From positions 80,308 to 144,307 of the IMG/VR virus record IMGVR_UViG_3300031999_001882: a stretch of 64,000 bases of DNA; one strand, 5' to 3'. A program made the position numbers and the translations under genes. The notes beneath the pieces are model-generated. The model saw nothing but the letters and a program-made list of their open reading frames with translations. It did not search any database and had not been told where the DNA came from. Shown here in pieces: positions 10,224-19,982 of the stretch. Origin of the DNA: a virus. Position 1 is the first letter of the stretch; the number at the start of each line of letters is the position of its first letter.

Positions 10224-11128
10224 ATGCCTCGTTCAGTCACCGTCAATTCATGCGCCCAATAAGCGCCTTCCTTGCCGTCGTCCCATTTCACGATGAATGA
10301 GCCGTCCTTGTTTTTCTTGGAAACAACGCCCTTGTGTCCGGCCTTAACGACGTGCGCCCGGCGAGACACGGGTTGATAGGACTCGTCCTTGGGAATTGTC
10401 ACCGACGCTTTGCGCTCCATCTTCGGAAGGCTCAGAACCGAGAGCACCGCGCTGGCAATACGAAGCGATGCTTCGCGCCGCTTGTTTTTCTCGATGAACT
10501 GATCGAGCGTGGTTTTTTCCTCGGTCGCCGCGCCGTATTTACGAAACGTGCAGTAATCCTTCTTCGTCGCCGTCTGATAGAACGGGCAGGACTCCCCGGT
10601 AGTCGTCCCGCGACACGCATGAATCTCGATCCGCTTGTCGTCGATAGGGCATACCGGATGCTCGTCTTTCAGCTCGGCGGCCACTTCAATGCCAGCCTTC
10701 GGATGCTTCATCTGCGCGAGCTGGACAATCGCCACACCGCTTTCCCAATCCAAATCAAGAATGTTGGCCTGCTTCTGACCGTATTTCTTGGTGATGTGGG
10801 CGAGCACGTCTCGCTTGACCGTCTCCGCATTCCAATCCTGATTGTTTTCATCAATCAAGTCCCATTGAGCCGCGATAAATAAGGAATCATCGTCGGAAGA
10901 ATAGTGCGACCATTGCTCCGTCACCTTTCCGGCTGACACGACCGCAGGAACTTCGTTAGGTTCTTGCGCCGCCGGACGAGCCTCCCACGTCATTGACCCG
11001 TCGGGAAGTTTTGAGAGCTTCCATTTCTTGCCTGCGCCGGGATCGCTGGATGGCTTGGGCGAAATGTTCTGAGCCGCCTTGCTGGTTTGTTGCTCCTTTA
11101 ATGTTTGGAGCCGTTCTTTTATGTTCAT
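10220..11128 (-). CDS. Hypothetical multidomain protein (Cys cluster, C-terminal SH3/KOW-like segment)
   Basis: GGAGG RBS; CP..C..CPFY...YC cluster; GVV...DGSFIVKWDDG. Confidence 0.55.
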   Translation of the reverse strand: MNIKERLQTLKEQQTSKAAQNISPKPSSDPGAGKKWKLSKLPDGSMTWEARPAAQEPNEVPAVVSAGKVTEQWSHYSSDDDSLFIAAQWDLIDENNQDWNAETVKRDVLAHITKKYGQKQANILDLDWESGVAIVQLAQMKHPKAGIEVAAELKDEHPVCPIDDKRIEIHACRGTTTGESCPFYQTATKKDYCTFRKYGAATEEKTTLDQFIEKNKRREASLRIASAVLSVLSLPKMERKASVTIPKDESYQPVSRRAHVVKAGHKGVVSKKNKDGSFIVKWDDGKEGAYWAHELTVTERGI

Positions 11129-11165
11129 GTGTGAGCCTCCTCCTTGAAATCTCGGAAAATCATCG

Positions 11166-13145
11166 TCACTCTGATTGGCAAAGTGATCGTCGCTTCAAAT
11201 AATCATCCAACGACAAAATATCCATATCCGTCGCATCCTTGGGATCGAAGTTGACGATCACACGCCACTCGTTCCTTGGAGGACTCCACACCGAATACGC
11301 CTCGTCAAACTGCCTGCACGTTCCTGTCTTTTCATCACCCACAAGCAGGAATCCATTACGATCACGGTTTTCTTCTGACGGTGCGCCGGGCGGCAAATCA
11401 GGTTTTTTCGATTCAGGTTTCGTTTCCTTCTTCGTCGGCTTTCCGGGTTCTTGAGGAGCTTGCTGAATGCGCTTGCCATGCGCCTGCTCCTTCAACGCCT
11501 CATAGCGCGGCTGGACGACCTGCCAAATCTCGCCAGACGCATGGGCGACCTGCTCCTCGACTTCCGGCGGATTCATGTATGCCCCGATATACTCCCGAAA
11601 TTCGTTGGTGGCTTCGTCGGCGATCTCTTGCGGGTCCACAAACTGAAACTCGCCGTCATCGGTGTCGTTGTTCAGACCCCACCACATCGTCTCATCGGCC
11701 CATTGAAGCGTTCCGGCGGCTTCGTACAGGCCCGTGCTTTCGACGAAATTCTCCTTCACGATCACAGGGGAATAATTCTCCGCTTTGCGCGTGATGCCAT
11801 AGTCCAGCCGGGACTTGAGCGCTTTGGACTCGTCGTAATAGCGGTAGTCCACATCCTTCAAAACCTCGGCCTCGGTTTTGTGCCGGACAAATTCGATCTC
11901 GTTCGGGTGAACCTCGAAGATGCTCTGGCCGTTGATGGGCTTTTCCCAGCGCACCACGATGTCGATGTCGGCCTCATGGTGAATTTTGGAGATGGCAATG
12001 ACCTCGCCTTCGGTGGCCGTATTGATATCCTTCACAATGTCGCCCACGGTCAGGGTGAGGGTCTTGCCGACTTCGGTACTGTGCTTGACCAGCGCATAGT
12101 TGCCGAAGCCATCCTGAACCATCGCGCCTTTGCGGATGAGGCCAAAGAGATGATCCATTGGGTAGCGCAGGCCGGACTTCTTGAACAGCTCCACCAAATA
12201 AGGGGTGGCCCGGCGCATGAACTCGCGTTGCTGGCGCGGCGCGACCTCGCCATTGGCCTGTACCAAGAGCTTCAAAGCGGCCAACTCGGTCCGGTCCTTG
12301 ACCACGGGCAGTAAATCTTCCAAGGCAAAGGCCAGACTGTGCCCGGTAACCTTGAACTGGCGGCGAATCCACGGGTTATAAACGGCCCGAACGAATAGGG
12401 GTGAAATATGGGCTTTTGGGGCGAAAAAAGCCACATGGAGGTTGTCGTTGTCCGGTAGTTCTTCCAACATAGAGGCCGGAACGCGCAGGGCCGCGATTTG
12501 GTAGCCCCTGTGTCCCGCCGCCGTACCCAGCGTGTCGGTCAGGGCCTCGCCTTCCCCGATGCCATTGGTCACCGGGTCAGCGAAGCGATCCACCGCCGCA
12601 TAGACCGTCACCAAGGCGGCCCGCGCCGGAACAGGGTCATCATTAAGCGCATGGTGAGGCAAGCCCAAGAATGCCTCCACCAAAGACCAAGCCTGATCTG
12701 CCTTTCCCTCGTCCAAAAGACGCTTGAAGCGCTGGATATGCTCATCGTCAGCCCTCTGGATGAACTTGGCCGTCTCCATGACCCCCATCCATCCGGGGTA
12801 AAAGAGCGACCAGCGCCGAACGCTGGCCCTGATCTCTCCCTGAACGCTGGAAATGCCCTTGATATGCTCCGGCGCGATGACGGCCTTGGCGAAGGCTCCA
12901 AGCGGCTCCACGATAACCACCGCCGACTCCGGCACATCCACCTCTACGACCACGGCATTGCCGCCCAAGACCTCTGGGAAAGCTTGCCGGAAGGCATTGC
13001 TGGCATTCACGCGCAGGCTGGCAAAGAACGCCGCCTCGCCCCGCGAAGCGGTGAGCCAAGCGGGTTGTCGGTACTCCCAATCGTAGAGGCCATGCGCCTT
13101 GATCTTGTCGATGGCCTGATCTGTGGTTCCGTGATAAAGTTTCAT
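11166..13145 (-). CDS. Multidomain protein with N-terminal ADP-ribosyltransferase-fold domain
   Basis: LYHGT....I...GL...WLT....A..FA....VVEVDV is the usual ART-like signature; further small domains follow. Confidence 0.6.
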   Translation of the reverse strand: MKLYHGTTDQAIDKIKAHGLYDWEYRQPAWLTASRGEAAFFASLRVNASNAFRQAFPEVLGGNAVVVEVDVPESAVVIVEPLGAFAKAVIAPEHIKGISSVQGEIRASVRRWSLFYPGWMGVMETAKFIQRADDEHIQRFKRLLDEGKADQAWSLVEAFLGLPHHALNDDPVPARAALVTVYAAVDRFADPVTNGIGEGEALTDTLGTAAGHRGYQIAALRVPASMLEELPDNDNLHVAFFAPKAHISPLFVRAVYNPWIRRQFKVTGHSLAFALEDLLPVVKDRTELAALKLLVQANGEVAPRQQREFMRRATPYLVELFKKSGLRYPMDHLFGLIRKGAMVQDGFGNYALVKHSTEVGKTLTLTVGDIVKDINTATEGEVIAISKIHHEADIDIVVRWEKPINGQSIFEVHPNEIEFVRHKTEAEVLKDVDYRYYDESKALKSRLDYGITRKAENYSPVIVKENFVESTGLYEAAGTLQWADETMWWGLNNDTDDGEFQFVDPQEIADEATNEFREYIGAYMNPPEVEEQVAHASGEIWQVVQPRYEALKEQAHGKRIQQAPQEPGKPTKKETKPESKKPDLPPGAPSEENRDRNGFLLVGDEKTGTCRQFDEAYSVWSPPRNEWRVIVNFDPKDATDMDILSLDDYLKRRSLCQSE

Positions 13146-13852
13146 TGTTTTAGCCCCGAAGTTCCCACTAAGAACTCCTCGCCCGGCGGAACCTGCTCCA
13201 CCTGCGGCTGTGTCATTGGCCCGGTCACCCTTCTGAATGCCTCTGGGTCGATCTCCAAGACCATCAATTCCTCATCTGTCAGCGATTTGAGCCAGCTCAG
13301 CGTCTCTTGGTCAGTCTTTTGGACCAGATCAAGGACTGCTTCATCCTCCGGGGTCACATCTTCGGCATCGCCCCCGGCCAGACCCCAGCTATCCACTCGA
13401 ACTACCGGAACATCGTCACGGCCATCGCAATAAACCAGCACCGAACACATCTTGTCGCCCGGATGACTGCGCTCAAAGAGCGGCGCGTCATGGGCCAACC
13501 CCTGCAAAAATTGGTTTAAGGTCCAGCGCTGGCCGCCCAGCGCCAAACACACATCATGGGTCGAAACTCCGCTATCCCATTCCACCGTGTCATAGCCCCG
13601 GTGCAACAGGGTTTGGAGAAGGGGCCGCGATTTGTCCTTGCGGCGGTTCCCCGGCCCCGGACCCTCATAATTCGGCCCCGGAGCATCGCGGTGATCCGGC
13701 CATGTCGACAGCCCAACAGGGGCCGGAGCCTTCGGCGCAACCGCCGGAGCACCCTGCCATTGCTCCAAACGCTTCCTGAACTGCCCGGCGCTTTCGCCCG
13801 GCTTTTTGCGCGGAATCTTGCTCTTTGGTTGCGCGATCACTACCCAGCCCAT
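13142..13852 (-). CDS. MuF / gp7-like head morphogenesis protein (divergent)
   Basis: W.....HDVCLALGG...P...SHPG..C resembles the MuF C..L.G...P.HPnCRC motif. Confidence 0.45.
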   Translation of the reverse strand: MGWVVIAQPKSKIPRKKPGESAGQFRKRLEQWQGAPAVAPKAPAPVGLSTWPDHRDAPGPNYEGPGPGNRRKDKSRPLLQTLLHRGYDTVEWDSGVSTHDVCLALGGQRWTLNQFLQGLAHDAPLFERSHPGDKMCSVLVYCDGRDDVPVVRVDSWGLAGGDAEDVTPEDEAVLDLVQKTDQETLSWLKSLTDEELMVLEIDPEAFRRVTGPMTQPQVEQVPPGEEFLVGTSGLKQ

Positions 13853-13884
13853 AAAACCCCTCTAAAAATCAATCCGTTTTGTTG

Positions 13885-13914
13885 TTCACAAAAACGGCCA
13901 TCCCAACGTAATCT
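13885..13914 (+). promoter_or_regulatory. Putative sigma70-type promoter for the lone plus-strand gene
   Basis: TTCACA-18 nt-TAATCT, then AGGAGG RBS and ATG at 13933. Confidence 0.4.
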
Positions 13915-13932
13915 TAGTCAGGAGGGCCGAAT

Positions 13933-14379
13933 ATGAAACGAGTCTGGTTTCCCCAATTAGAAAAATACGTTGATGTCATTGAGCCAGTCAAAATTCAGGC
14001 TGAACGCGCCAAAGAGTCTTTCCTCGGCCAAATCAACGTCATTGATCTTCTTTTTCGGGTTATCGTTCTCATTTTCGTTGCCCTGCCACTTTCAACTTGG
14101 GTGCTCTACGTCTTTTTCACAACTTTCACGCTCAAAGGCGGACTGCTGATCCTTGCTATCGCGTGGTTCCTGATTGTCATGTGCGTCCTGTCCAACTGCA
14201 AACCGGGCGAAATCTCCGTCACCTTCGGCACTCTGCTCCAAGCCGCCCTGCTCCTGCCGTTCACTCTGCTCGCCACCGTTCTTCTGGCCGGGACTCAGAT
14301 CGGAACGGCCACCGCCATAGGCGGCGCTTATTCCATCCTCAATGAAGCTGTCCGCAAAGCCACCGACAAAAACATCTAA
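13933..14379 (+). CDS. Integral membrane protein (3-4 TM); only credible plus-strand gene
   Basis: AGGAGG RBS, long hydrophobic stretches, fills a gap with no minus-strand ORF, stop overlaps convergent gene. Confidence 0.8.
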   Translation: MKRVWFPQLEKYVDVIEPVKIQAERAKESFLGQINVIDLLFRVIVLIFVALPLSTWVLYVFFTTFTLKGGLLILAIAWFLIVMCVLSNCKPGEISVTFGTLLQAALLLPFTLLATVLLAGTQIGTATAIGGAYSILNEAVRKATDKNI

Positions 14380-14822
14380 GCGCTGTCCCTTGGCGGCTGA
14401 GTGTAGCGCTCGCCCTGCTCCGAATGCGGCGGTCCCTGCTGTCCGGGGTCTGTCAAAGGCTCGTTCTTCTTGATCTTAGGCCGTAGCCTGTCACGTTCCC
14501 TTGTAAACCCGGTGGCCGCATCTTCCTCGCTTGCCGGGTCAGCGCCCATCGCACTTGGAGCCTCGCCCTCGCCATCATCAGTCACGTTGTCGCCTGTCTG
14601 CGTCACGGCATTGGCGGCTAACGCCCATCGCCCGCTTTCAAGGTCCGCTATGCGAATCACCATATGCGAGTCCAAGCCATACATCTTGCTCATCAGGCCG
14701 ATCTTCTCACCCTGAATCCAGCGCACGGTTCCCGACTGGACACCGCCGCGCTTGATGAGAAGATCACCCAGCTTTGGGCTGTTCATTTCGCTGAGCCTTG
14801 AACGCGAGCATTTGACCCACAT
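14376..14822 (-). CDS. Hypothetical protein
   Basis: ORF in operon context; starts MWVKCS. Confidence 0.55.
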   Translation of the reverse strand: MWVKCSRSRLSEMNSPKLGDLLIKRGGVQSGTVRWIQGEKIGLMSKMYGLDSHMVIRIADLESGRWALAANAVTQTGDNVTDDGEGEAPSAMGADPASEEDAATGFTRERDRLRPKIKKNEPLTDPGQQGPPHSEQGERYTQPPRDSA

Positions 14823-14976
14823 TATCGAACCTCGGACACTTGCCTCTGACCATTGCCTTCGTGCTGATAAAACAATGACACACCGTACAGCGCAATACCC
14901 CGATGTGAACCCCGACGATATCCTCTGTGCTGAGTGAACATTGGCTACAAACCTCCGTCGAAACTACGAACGGCAT
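14764..14976 (-). CDS. Small Zn-ribbon-like protein
   Basis: GGAGG RBS; CxxC...CxxC. Confidence 0.45.
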   Translation of the reverse strand: MPFVVSTEVCSQCSLSTEDIVGVHIGVLRCTVCHCFISTKAMVRGKCPRFDNVGQMLAFKAQRNEQPKAG

Positions 14977-15196
14977 TGCTGGCCTCCTGTTTCTCTTTCT
15001 GTTTTCGGCGCTTCTTCATCAAGTGTGATTTGCAAACGACATGACCCTGCGCGGCCTTTTTCTTACAGAGCGGACAAAGGCCAAACCGTTTCATCGCCTC
15101 GTACATGGATTCTGAACGAGGCTTCTTACTTATTTTTTCTGAAAGTCCGATGGCACTAACCCCTTTTCGATATTGCCGATGATTGCGTCGTAGCAA
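14945..15196 (-). CDS. Small basic Cys/His protein (start uncertain)
   Basis: CPLC...C..H followed by Lys/Arg-rich tail. Confidence 0.4.
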   Translation of the reverse strand: MLRRNHRQYRKGVSAIGLSEKISKKPRSESMYEAMKRFGLCPLCKKKAAQGHVVCKSHLMKKRRKQKEKQEASNAVRSFDGGL

Positions 15197-16572
15197 CCAG
15201 CGCAGTCGAATCGGTAATTCGCCAGCCGAATCAAGTCCACGTTATCGCCGAGCTTGGCAAGCTTCTGTGCCAGCTCCACGCACACCGCACTCACATCCTT
15301 GTCGCCTTTGATAGCGGCAAATTTGCCAGCGAATTCCTTGTCCTTCGCCAGCCGAGCCATGAACGACTCCACCAAGACCTTCGCCAAGTTCGCTTCTTTG
15401 TCTGTCGAGACAACTTCCTTGACGGCGGCAGGAACTTTCACCGCGCCCATGATGGATTTCGTGCAGATGGCAAACGCCGATTCCTTCTTGGTGCGACCCT
15501 TCTGAGGCTTGAACGACTGATCGCCCATCTTGGATTCAACGCACCGATCAATCTTCCCGGCTTCCTCTTTGTCTTTTGCCAGCACGGTCAGCGTTCCTTC
15601 GCGCTTGTAATAGCCGCCAATGGCTTCACGCCAGCCAGACAATTCACGGGGTTTGACCCGATCCAGCGTCCGGGCGATGGTAGTGATGATCCTGTCGATC
15701 TTGTCCACCATCGAGTTCGAGGTCTGCAAGCCAATGTGCGCCAATGCTTTGCCGAACATCTCCGTATCCACACTCTCGCCTGTAGCCTGCGTATAGAAGC
15801 CAAAGAGCGTCGCATACTCATCCGCCATGTCCGAGAACGAGGCGTAGCGCTCTGGGAGCGCCGGGTTTACCGGACCATCGTAAACCACGGGATTTTTAAG
15901 CCATGCGCTAAGTCTGCCAAGACTGGCATCCTTCGGGCTGATTTTCTTGGCCCCATCTTCCTTATATTCCTCACCAGAAACATCCGATTCGTGCGTCTCG
16001 GACTTCACGGGCTTCTGGTCACCTTCGGGCGCGTCTGTTTTTTCCTGATTGCCTTCCTCTTTGTATTCCTCGCCGATCTTGTTATCGGTCGTGGTTTTCT
16101 GAGGAACGGCTTTCTGGTCGCCTTCCGGCTCGTCGAGAACTTTGGTCTTTTCGCCTTCGTTCTCCTTATATTCGTAGCCGATGGCCTCATCCGTGGTTCC
16201 GGGCTTGGTCTTGTTCGGCGTGCCGGGCGTAGCATCCGCCTTCTTCAACCATGCCTTTGGCCCCATCGTAATGTTGTCTGCCAGCGTGTCCTTGGCCGGA
16301 GCCTCGACGTGAGTTTTCTGAGGAACCTTTTTCTGGTCACCCTCTGGCGCATCCGTCTTATCTTGATTGTCGGTGCGCTTATATTCCCCGCCAATGGCCT
16401 CGTCAGGCTTGGTCGTCTCCTTGGGTTCTTTTTGATCGCCCTTGGGTTCGTCCATGATCTTGGGCTTATCTTCTTCTTTGTAGTTCTTCCCGATGCCGGA
16501 ATCCGTCGTGCCCGGCTTAATATCCGTGTTCTTGTCACCGGGGGTTACATCAGCCTGCTTAGTCCATTGCAT
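15130..16572 (-). CDS. Repeat-containing putative internal head protein with MQWTKQA leader
   Basis: GAGGAGG RBS; repeats of IGxxYKE...PxGDQK; leader motif recurs internally as WLKKAD. Confidence 0.65.
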   Translation of the reverse strand: MQWTKQADVTPGDKNTDIKPGTTDSGIGKNYKEEDKPKIMDEPKGDQKEPKETTKPDEAIGGEYKRTDNQDKTDAPEGDQKKVPQKTHVEAPAKDTLADNITMGPKAWLKKADATPGTPNKTKPGTTDEAIGYEYKENEGEKTKVLDEPEGDQKAVPQKTTTDNKIGEEYKEEGNQEKTDAPEGDQKPVKSETHESDVSGEEYKEDGAKKISPKDASLGRLSAWLKNPVVYDGPVNPALPERYASFSDMADEYATLFGFYTQATGESVDTEMFGKALAHIGLQTSNSMVDKIDRIITTIARTLDRVKPRELSGWREAIGGYYKREGTLTVLAKDKEEAGKIDRCVESKMGDQSFKPQKGRTKKESAFAICTKSIMGAVKVPAAVKEVVSTDKEANLAKVLVESFMARLAKDKEFAGKFAAIKGDKDVSAVCVELAQKLAKLGDNVDLIRLANYRFDCAGCYDAIIGNIEKGLVPSDFQKK

Positions 16573-16652
16573 TGTCGTCTCCTCCTCTTAAAATAACTTT
16601 GTAAGTTCGTTGATCGGAAAATCTGTTACTCTGACCCATTCAATTTCGTTTT

Positions 16653-17153
16653 TCATTGCGCCGGGACAAACTGCTCGCTCGGCGCTGGATTCTCAACAGG
16701 AGGTTCCGAAGGTACAGGCGCAATCTGGTCATATGGCACGCCCGGAATCGTCATCTCCGCGCTAGACTGAGCCGCAACAACTTCCAGCGCGGCCAGTTTC
16801 TTCCTCATCCTCCCGACATTCTTCCACAGCAAATAAATTTCGTATTTGTCGTCCTTGATCGCCTTCCAACTATCAACGTGCTTCTGATCCAAGTCCTCGG
16901 CGACTTTCTGTAAGTCAACCACCCTCACAGACAAGTCCTCCAAGGGTTTGGACAAGTCCGGGGCGATCTTGGCCGCGATCTGTGTCGTCAGCTCGTCTTT
17001 GACCCGCATCAGCCTTGAGTCATACGACGAACTGATCCACCAAAGGCCACCACCCGAAAGTACCAGAGCCGCCACCGTTCCAATAATGACCGCCATGATC
17101 CATGACGAATCGCCTTCGGGCGGCTCCGACGTAAAGGTTTGAGGATCAGCCAC
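16653..17153 (-). CDS. Single-pass membrane protein with coiled coil
   Basis: TM segment WIMAVIIGTVAALVLSGGGLWW followed by helical region. Confidence 0.6.
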   Translation of the reverse strand: MADPQTFTSEPPEGDSSWIMAVIIGTVAALVLSGGGLWWISSSYDSRLMRVKDELTTQIAAKIAPDLSKPLEDLSVRVVDLQKVAEDLDQKHVDSWKAIKDDKYEIYLLWKNVGRMRKKLAALEVVAAQSSAEMTIPGVPYDQIAPVPSEPPVENPAPSEQFVPAQ

Positions 17154-17914
17154 TATCGCCCCATGCTGTTGAAAATATCCAAGATATTTGACACGCCGCG
17201 ACTCACAGACCCGCCGATGCCGACGGGGAGTTGCAGGGTTCCCACCGACGACCCCGTGAAAGCAAATTCCAGCTTAATGATCGCCAGCAGATCATTGACG
17301 ATCTTCTGAACATTGGCAATCGCCACATTGATCTTGGCTCCGCGATCAATGTTGAGCGAGATGCCGTTGTCCGAATAATTGAAGTCGTTGATAGAGAACC
17401 CAAGATACAGGTTCATCATCGTGAATAGCTGAGCCAAATACAGGAGCATGACTTGGTAACAATGCGGAAAATTATCAGCCGTAAAATCTGTGACAGGCGG
17501 ATAAATATTGAACGCACAGATGCCCATGTTGATGCCCATGAGTAATTCCTGATCGGTGAGCGGCTGTCCGGTCATCGGGTTCACGGTCATCACAGAACCG
17601 AGCATAGAGCGGAGCTGATAGACCAGTCGCGTCTGGACAGGCGACATCTCCGGGGCGGCGGGGATCAGCGTAGTTTCTTGGCTCGCCGTCGAGTCAAAAA
17701 ACCGCACGTTGTAGAACTTATCCCCGCCGTTCCCAGAGGTCGTATCTGCAAAAGACGTGACAAAGGCTGGCGGACAATTCGCCACCCCAGACTGGATCGT
17801 ACCGATCAGCGTGTAGGGGCCGGGTTCAGCATCCGCCCGGTAGATGTGAATTTGATCGTACTGCGGCTGGCCCGCCACCATCGCTGGAATGGGCCAAGTA
17901 ATGAGTGTGCTCAA
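17153..17914 (-). CDS. Putative head-tail adaptor / neck protein with Fn3-like N-terminus
   Basis: Position downstream of MCP; LR..LG...LTDQEL and YSDNGISLNIDR segments. Confidence 0.5.
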   Translation of the reverse strand: MSTLITWPIPAMVAGQPQYDQIHIYRADAEPGPYTLIGTIQSGVANCPPAFVTSFADTTSGNGGDKFYNVRFFDSTASQETTLIPAAPEMSPVQTRLVYQLRSMLGSVMTVNPMTGQPLTDQELLMGINMGICAFNIYPPVTDFTADNFPHCYQVMLLYLAQLFTMMNLYLGFSINDFNYSDNGISLNIDRGAKINVAIANVQKIVNDLLAIIKLEFAFTGSSVGTLQLPVGIGGSVSRGVSNILDIFNSMGR

Positions 17915-18516
17915 GCGCTTTCCTCCGAACCAGCATTGCCGTTATTCCGTTCCTCTCTGACAAGAGGTGAAAGCATCACGCGCCGCTTGCCGTCCTTGAT
18001 CTCCTCCGGGTTTAAGATCACCACGGGGATTCCCATGATTCCGTTATGCTCGACCAAGGGCATCTTGAACCACTTGCGCCGAGCCGTTGAGTAGCCGTAC
18101 ATATGCTCGTTTTTGCGGCTGTCATCTTTCTCATAGGGCGGGAGCACCCCATAGGAATGGACCTTGATCCGCGCTTCAAGCTGGTCGGCAGGAACATCAT
18201 CGGCTCCAAAGATGACCTTGAACCAATAATCCTCTGCCGCCGACATCTTGTTTTCTTCATGGCGAACCAATGCCATGTCCGTCTCGGCGATTTCCAGCCT
18301 GATCCCCTCCCCCGAAGCCGTCCCATATTTCACGGGACGATATCGGGCCACTCCCTGCTCCTCATCCTCTACAGAGATGATGATGTGATCTCGCTGGTTC
18401 TGCGTTAATCCTTTGGTATCCCACAAGAGCGAGATCAACTCCTGCGTCCGCCGATACACCCGAAGGCGAATCGGCGGTTTTTGAACTTGGTTTGAAGTCG
18501 GCGTAGTCATTGTCAT
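17911..18516 (-). CDS. Hypothetical virion-module protein
   Basis: ORF with RBS in head operon. Confidence 0.55.
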   Translation of the reverse strand: MTMTTPTSNQVQKPPIRLRVYRRTQELISLLWDTKGLTQNQRDHIIISVEDEEQGVARYRPVKYGTASGEGIRLEIAETDMALVRHEENKMSAAEDYWFKVIFGADDVPADQLEARIKVHSYGVLPPYEKDDSRKNEHMYGYSTARRKWFKMPLVEHNGIMGIPVVILNPEEIKDGKRRVMLSPLVREERNNGNAGSEESA

Positions 18517-18534
18517 TTTCAGATTTCTCCCTCG

Positions 18535-19842
18535 TTAAGCTATTTGTAATTGAGCAATTCGTTCGTCCAGCATCCGTCGCACAGGCTGATCGGCGGCTAC
18601 AAACTGCGCCAATTCCTGCAACTTCTCAACGCTGTTGGTTCGAGCGATATGGAATTTCTGCTCGTTTGACTTTGACGAGAGAAACTTACTGACGTGCGCT
18701 GGCGCTCCTTTAGGAACCGCCGGAGTCTCCGGGGTCTGTGTCTTGGCTTTGAGCCGATCACGATAGCGGAGGTTATATTCCCGCTTCTTGGCGGCGCGAG
18801 CCTGCTCTTTGGTCAGAGATTTCACCGTGTCGCGCACTAAGCGCTGAGGTGTAACCTCGGCTCCATCAAGCGGATTATTCTTGGGAGCGCTCACAATGAT
18901 CGTCCCGCGATCCTCGTCGGCCTCCGTCTGATCCGTCGGAGAATCCGAAATCTCGATTTCCGGCAACGGCTGTGTCCGGCCATGCAACTTGTCCGATACC
19001 AGCGTCTCCGAGTTTACGATCTGCTGGTTCGGCATCATAATCTCGACTCCACCTTCCACCGGGGGTCGGCCCTTCACTTCATCCGTGGTAAAGCGCCTGC
19101 CGCTTACTGCCGCACCTTCGTCCGGTCGAGCGGGCTTTCCCTGCAACTGGCTGGCCGGGGTCGAGGTGCGGTTCCGCATCACGGCATCGGCGCTCATGCG
19201 CTTGTCCGTGACCTGAGCGAAACGTCTCTGCTTATCCGGCGTGACAATGTTCCGCTTGAGCACTTCCGAAGCGGAGAGCGTCGTCTTGGTTGGTTCGGCG
19301 GGCGAGCTGACTGCATACTGATCGACGGTGAGCATGGACTCCTCATAGGCATAAGCCACGCGCCCGTCTTGAAGCTGAACCTGCCACCGCCCGTCCGATT
19401 TGCGGCTGGAAATGCGACCGGACAAACCGGATGGCCCTTTCAAATGGACGAAATCACCCACCGCAAACAGGGGATTCACAAACTCCGTTCCTTGAGACGA
19501 GATGTAGCTGTTTCCCTTTTCGTCAATGCTCTGCACATCCACGCCATCAGGAATGGCCGCTCTCCGGCGCACCGGAGGCTGATTGACTGATTCCGGCAGG
19601 ATTCTGGCCGGGATACTTCGGCGAAGCGGCGGAAGCACGTCGGGCGGAGTTTCCTCCTGCGTCAAAATGCCCAGCTCATAAAAACGCCGCAAGTCCGAGG
19701 ACTGCCGGACCTCATCAGGGGTAAAGCTTCGAGACACCTGTCGCGGGCCAATAGAGGCCGGGCGCGTCAGGTCATTCACGATGATCGTGCTGTCTGTCGT
19801 GTTGCGAAACCAGTAATAGTCTTGATCTGCGTTCGGATTCAT
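18535..19842 (-). CDS. Hypothetical protein after MCP (SH3-like segment)
   Basis: AAGGAG RBS; FAVGDFV...G.I.....WQVQLQDG. Confidence 0.65.
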   Translation of the reverse strand: MNPNADQDYYWFRNTTDSTIIVNDLTRPASIGPRQVSRSFTPDEVRQSSDLRRFYELGILTQEETPPDVLPPLRRSIPARILPESVNQPPVRRRAAIPDGVDVQSIDEKGNSYISSQGTEFVNPLFAVGDFVHLKGPSGLSGRISSRKSDGRWQVQLQDGRVAYAYEESMLTVDQYAVSSPAEPTKTTLSASEVLKRNIVTPDKQRRFAQVTDKRMSADAVMRNRTSTPASQLQGKPARPDEGAAVSGRRFTTDEVKGRPPVEGGVEIMMPNQQIVNSETLVSDKLHGRTQPLPEIEISDSPTDQTEADEDRGTIIVSAPKNNPLDGAEVTPQRLVRDTVKSLTKEQARAAKKREYNLRYRDRLKAKTQTPETPAVPKGAPAHVSKFLSSKSNEQKFHIARTNSVEKLQELAQFVAADQPVRRMLDERIAQLQIA

Positions 19843-19916
19843 TTTGATTCTCCTTTTCGTTTTCGTTTTATCGGCTTTCAGTTTCGGTGTAGCCGATTCC
19901 TGTTTTTTCTGGTGAA

Positions 19917-19957
19917 GGATGTGGGGAGGAGGGCTGTTACACCCTCCTCCCCTACCC
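19917..19957. terminator. GC-rich hairpin downstream of MCP (terminator or mRNA stabiliser)
   Basis: GGGGAGGAGGG (19923-33) pairs with CCCTCCTCCCC (19942-52); no clear U-tract on the minus strand. Confidence 0.5.
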
Positions 19958-19982
19958 TTTAATTCTTTTTCGAGTCCTTGAC

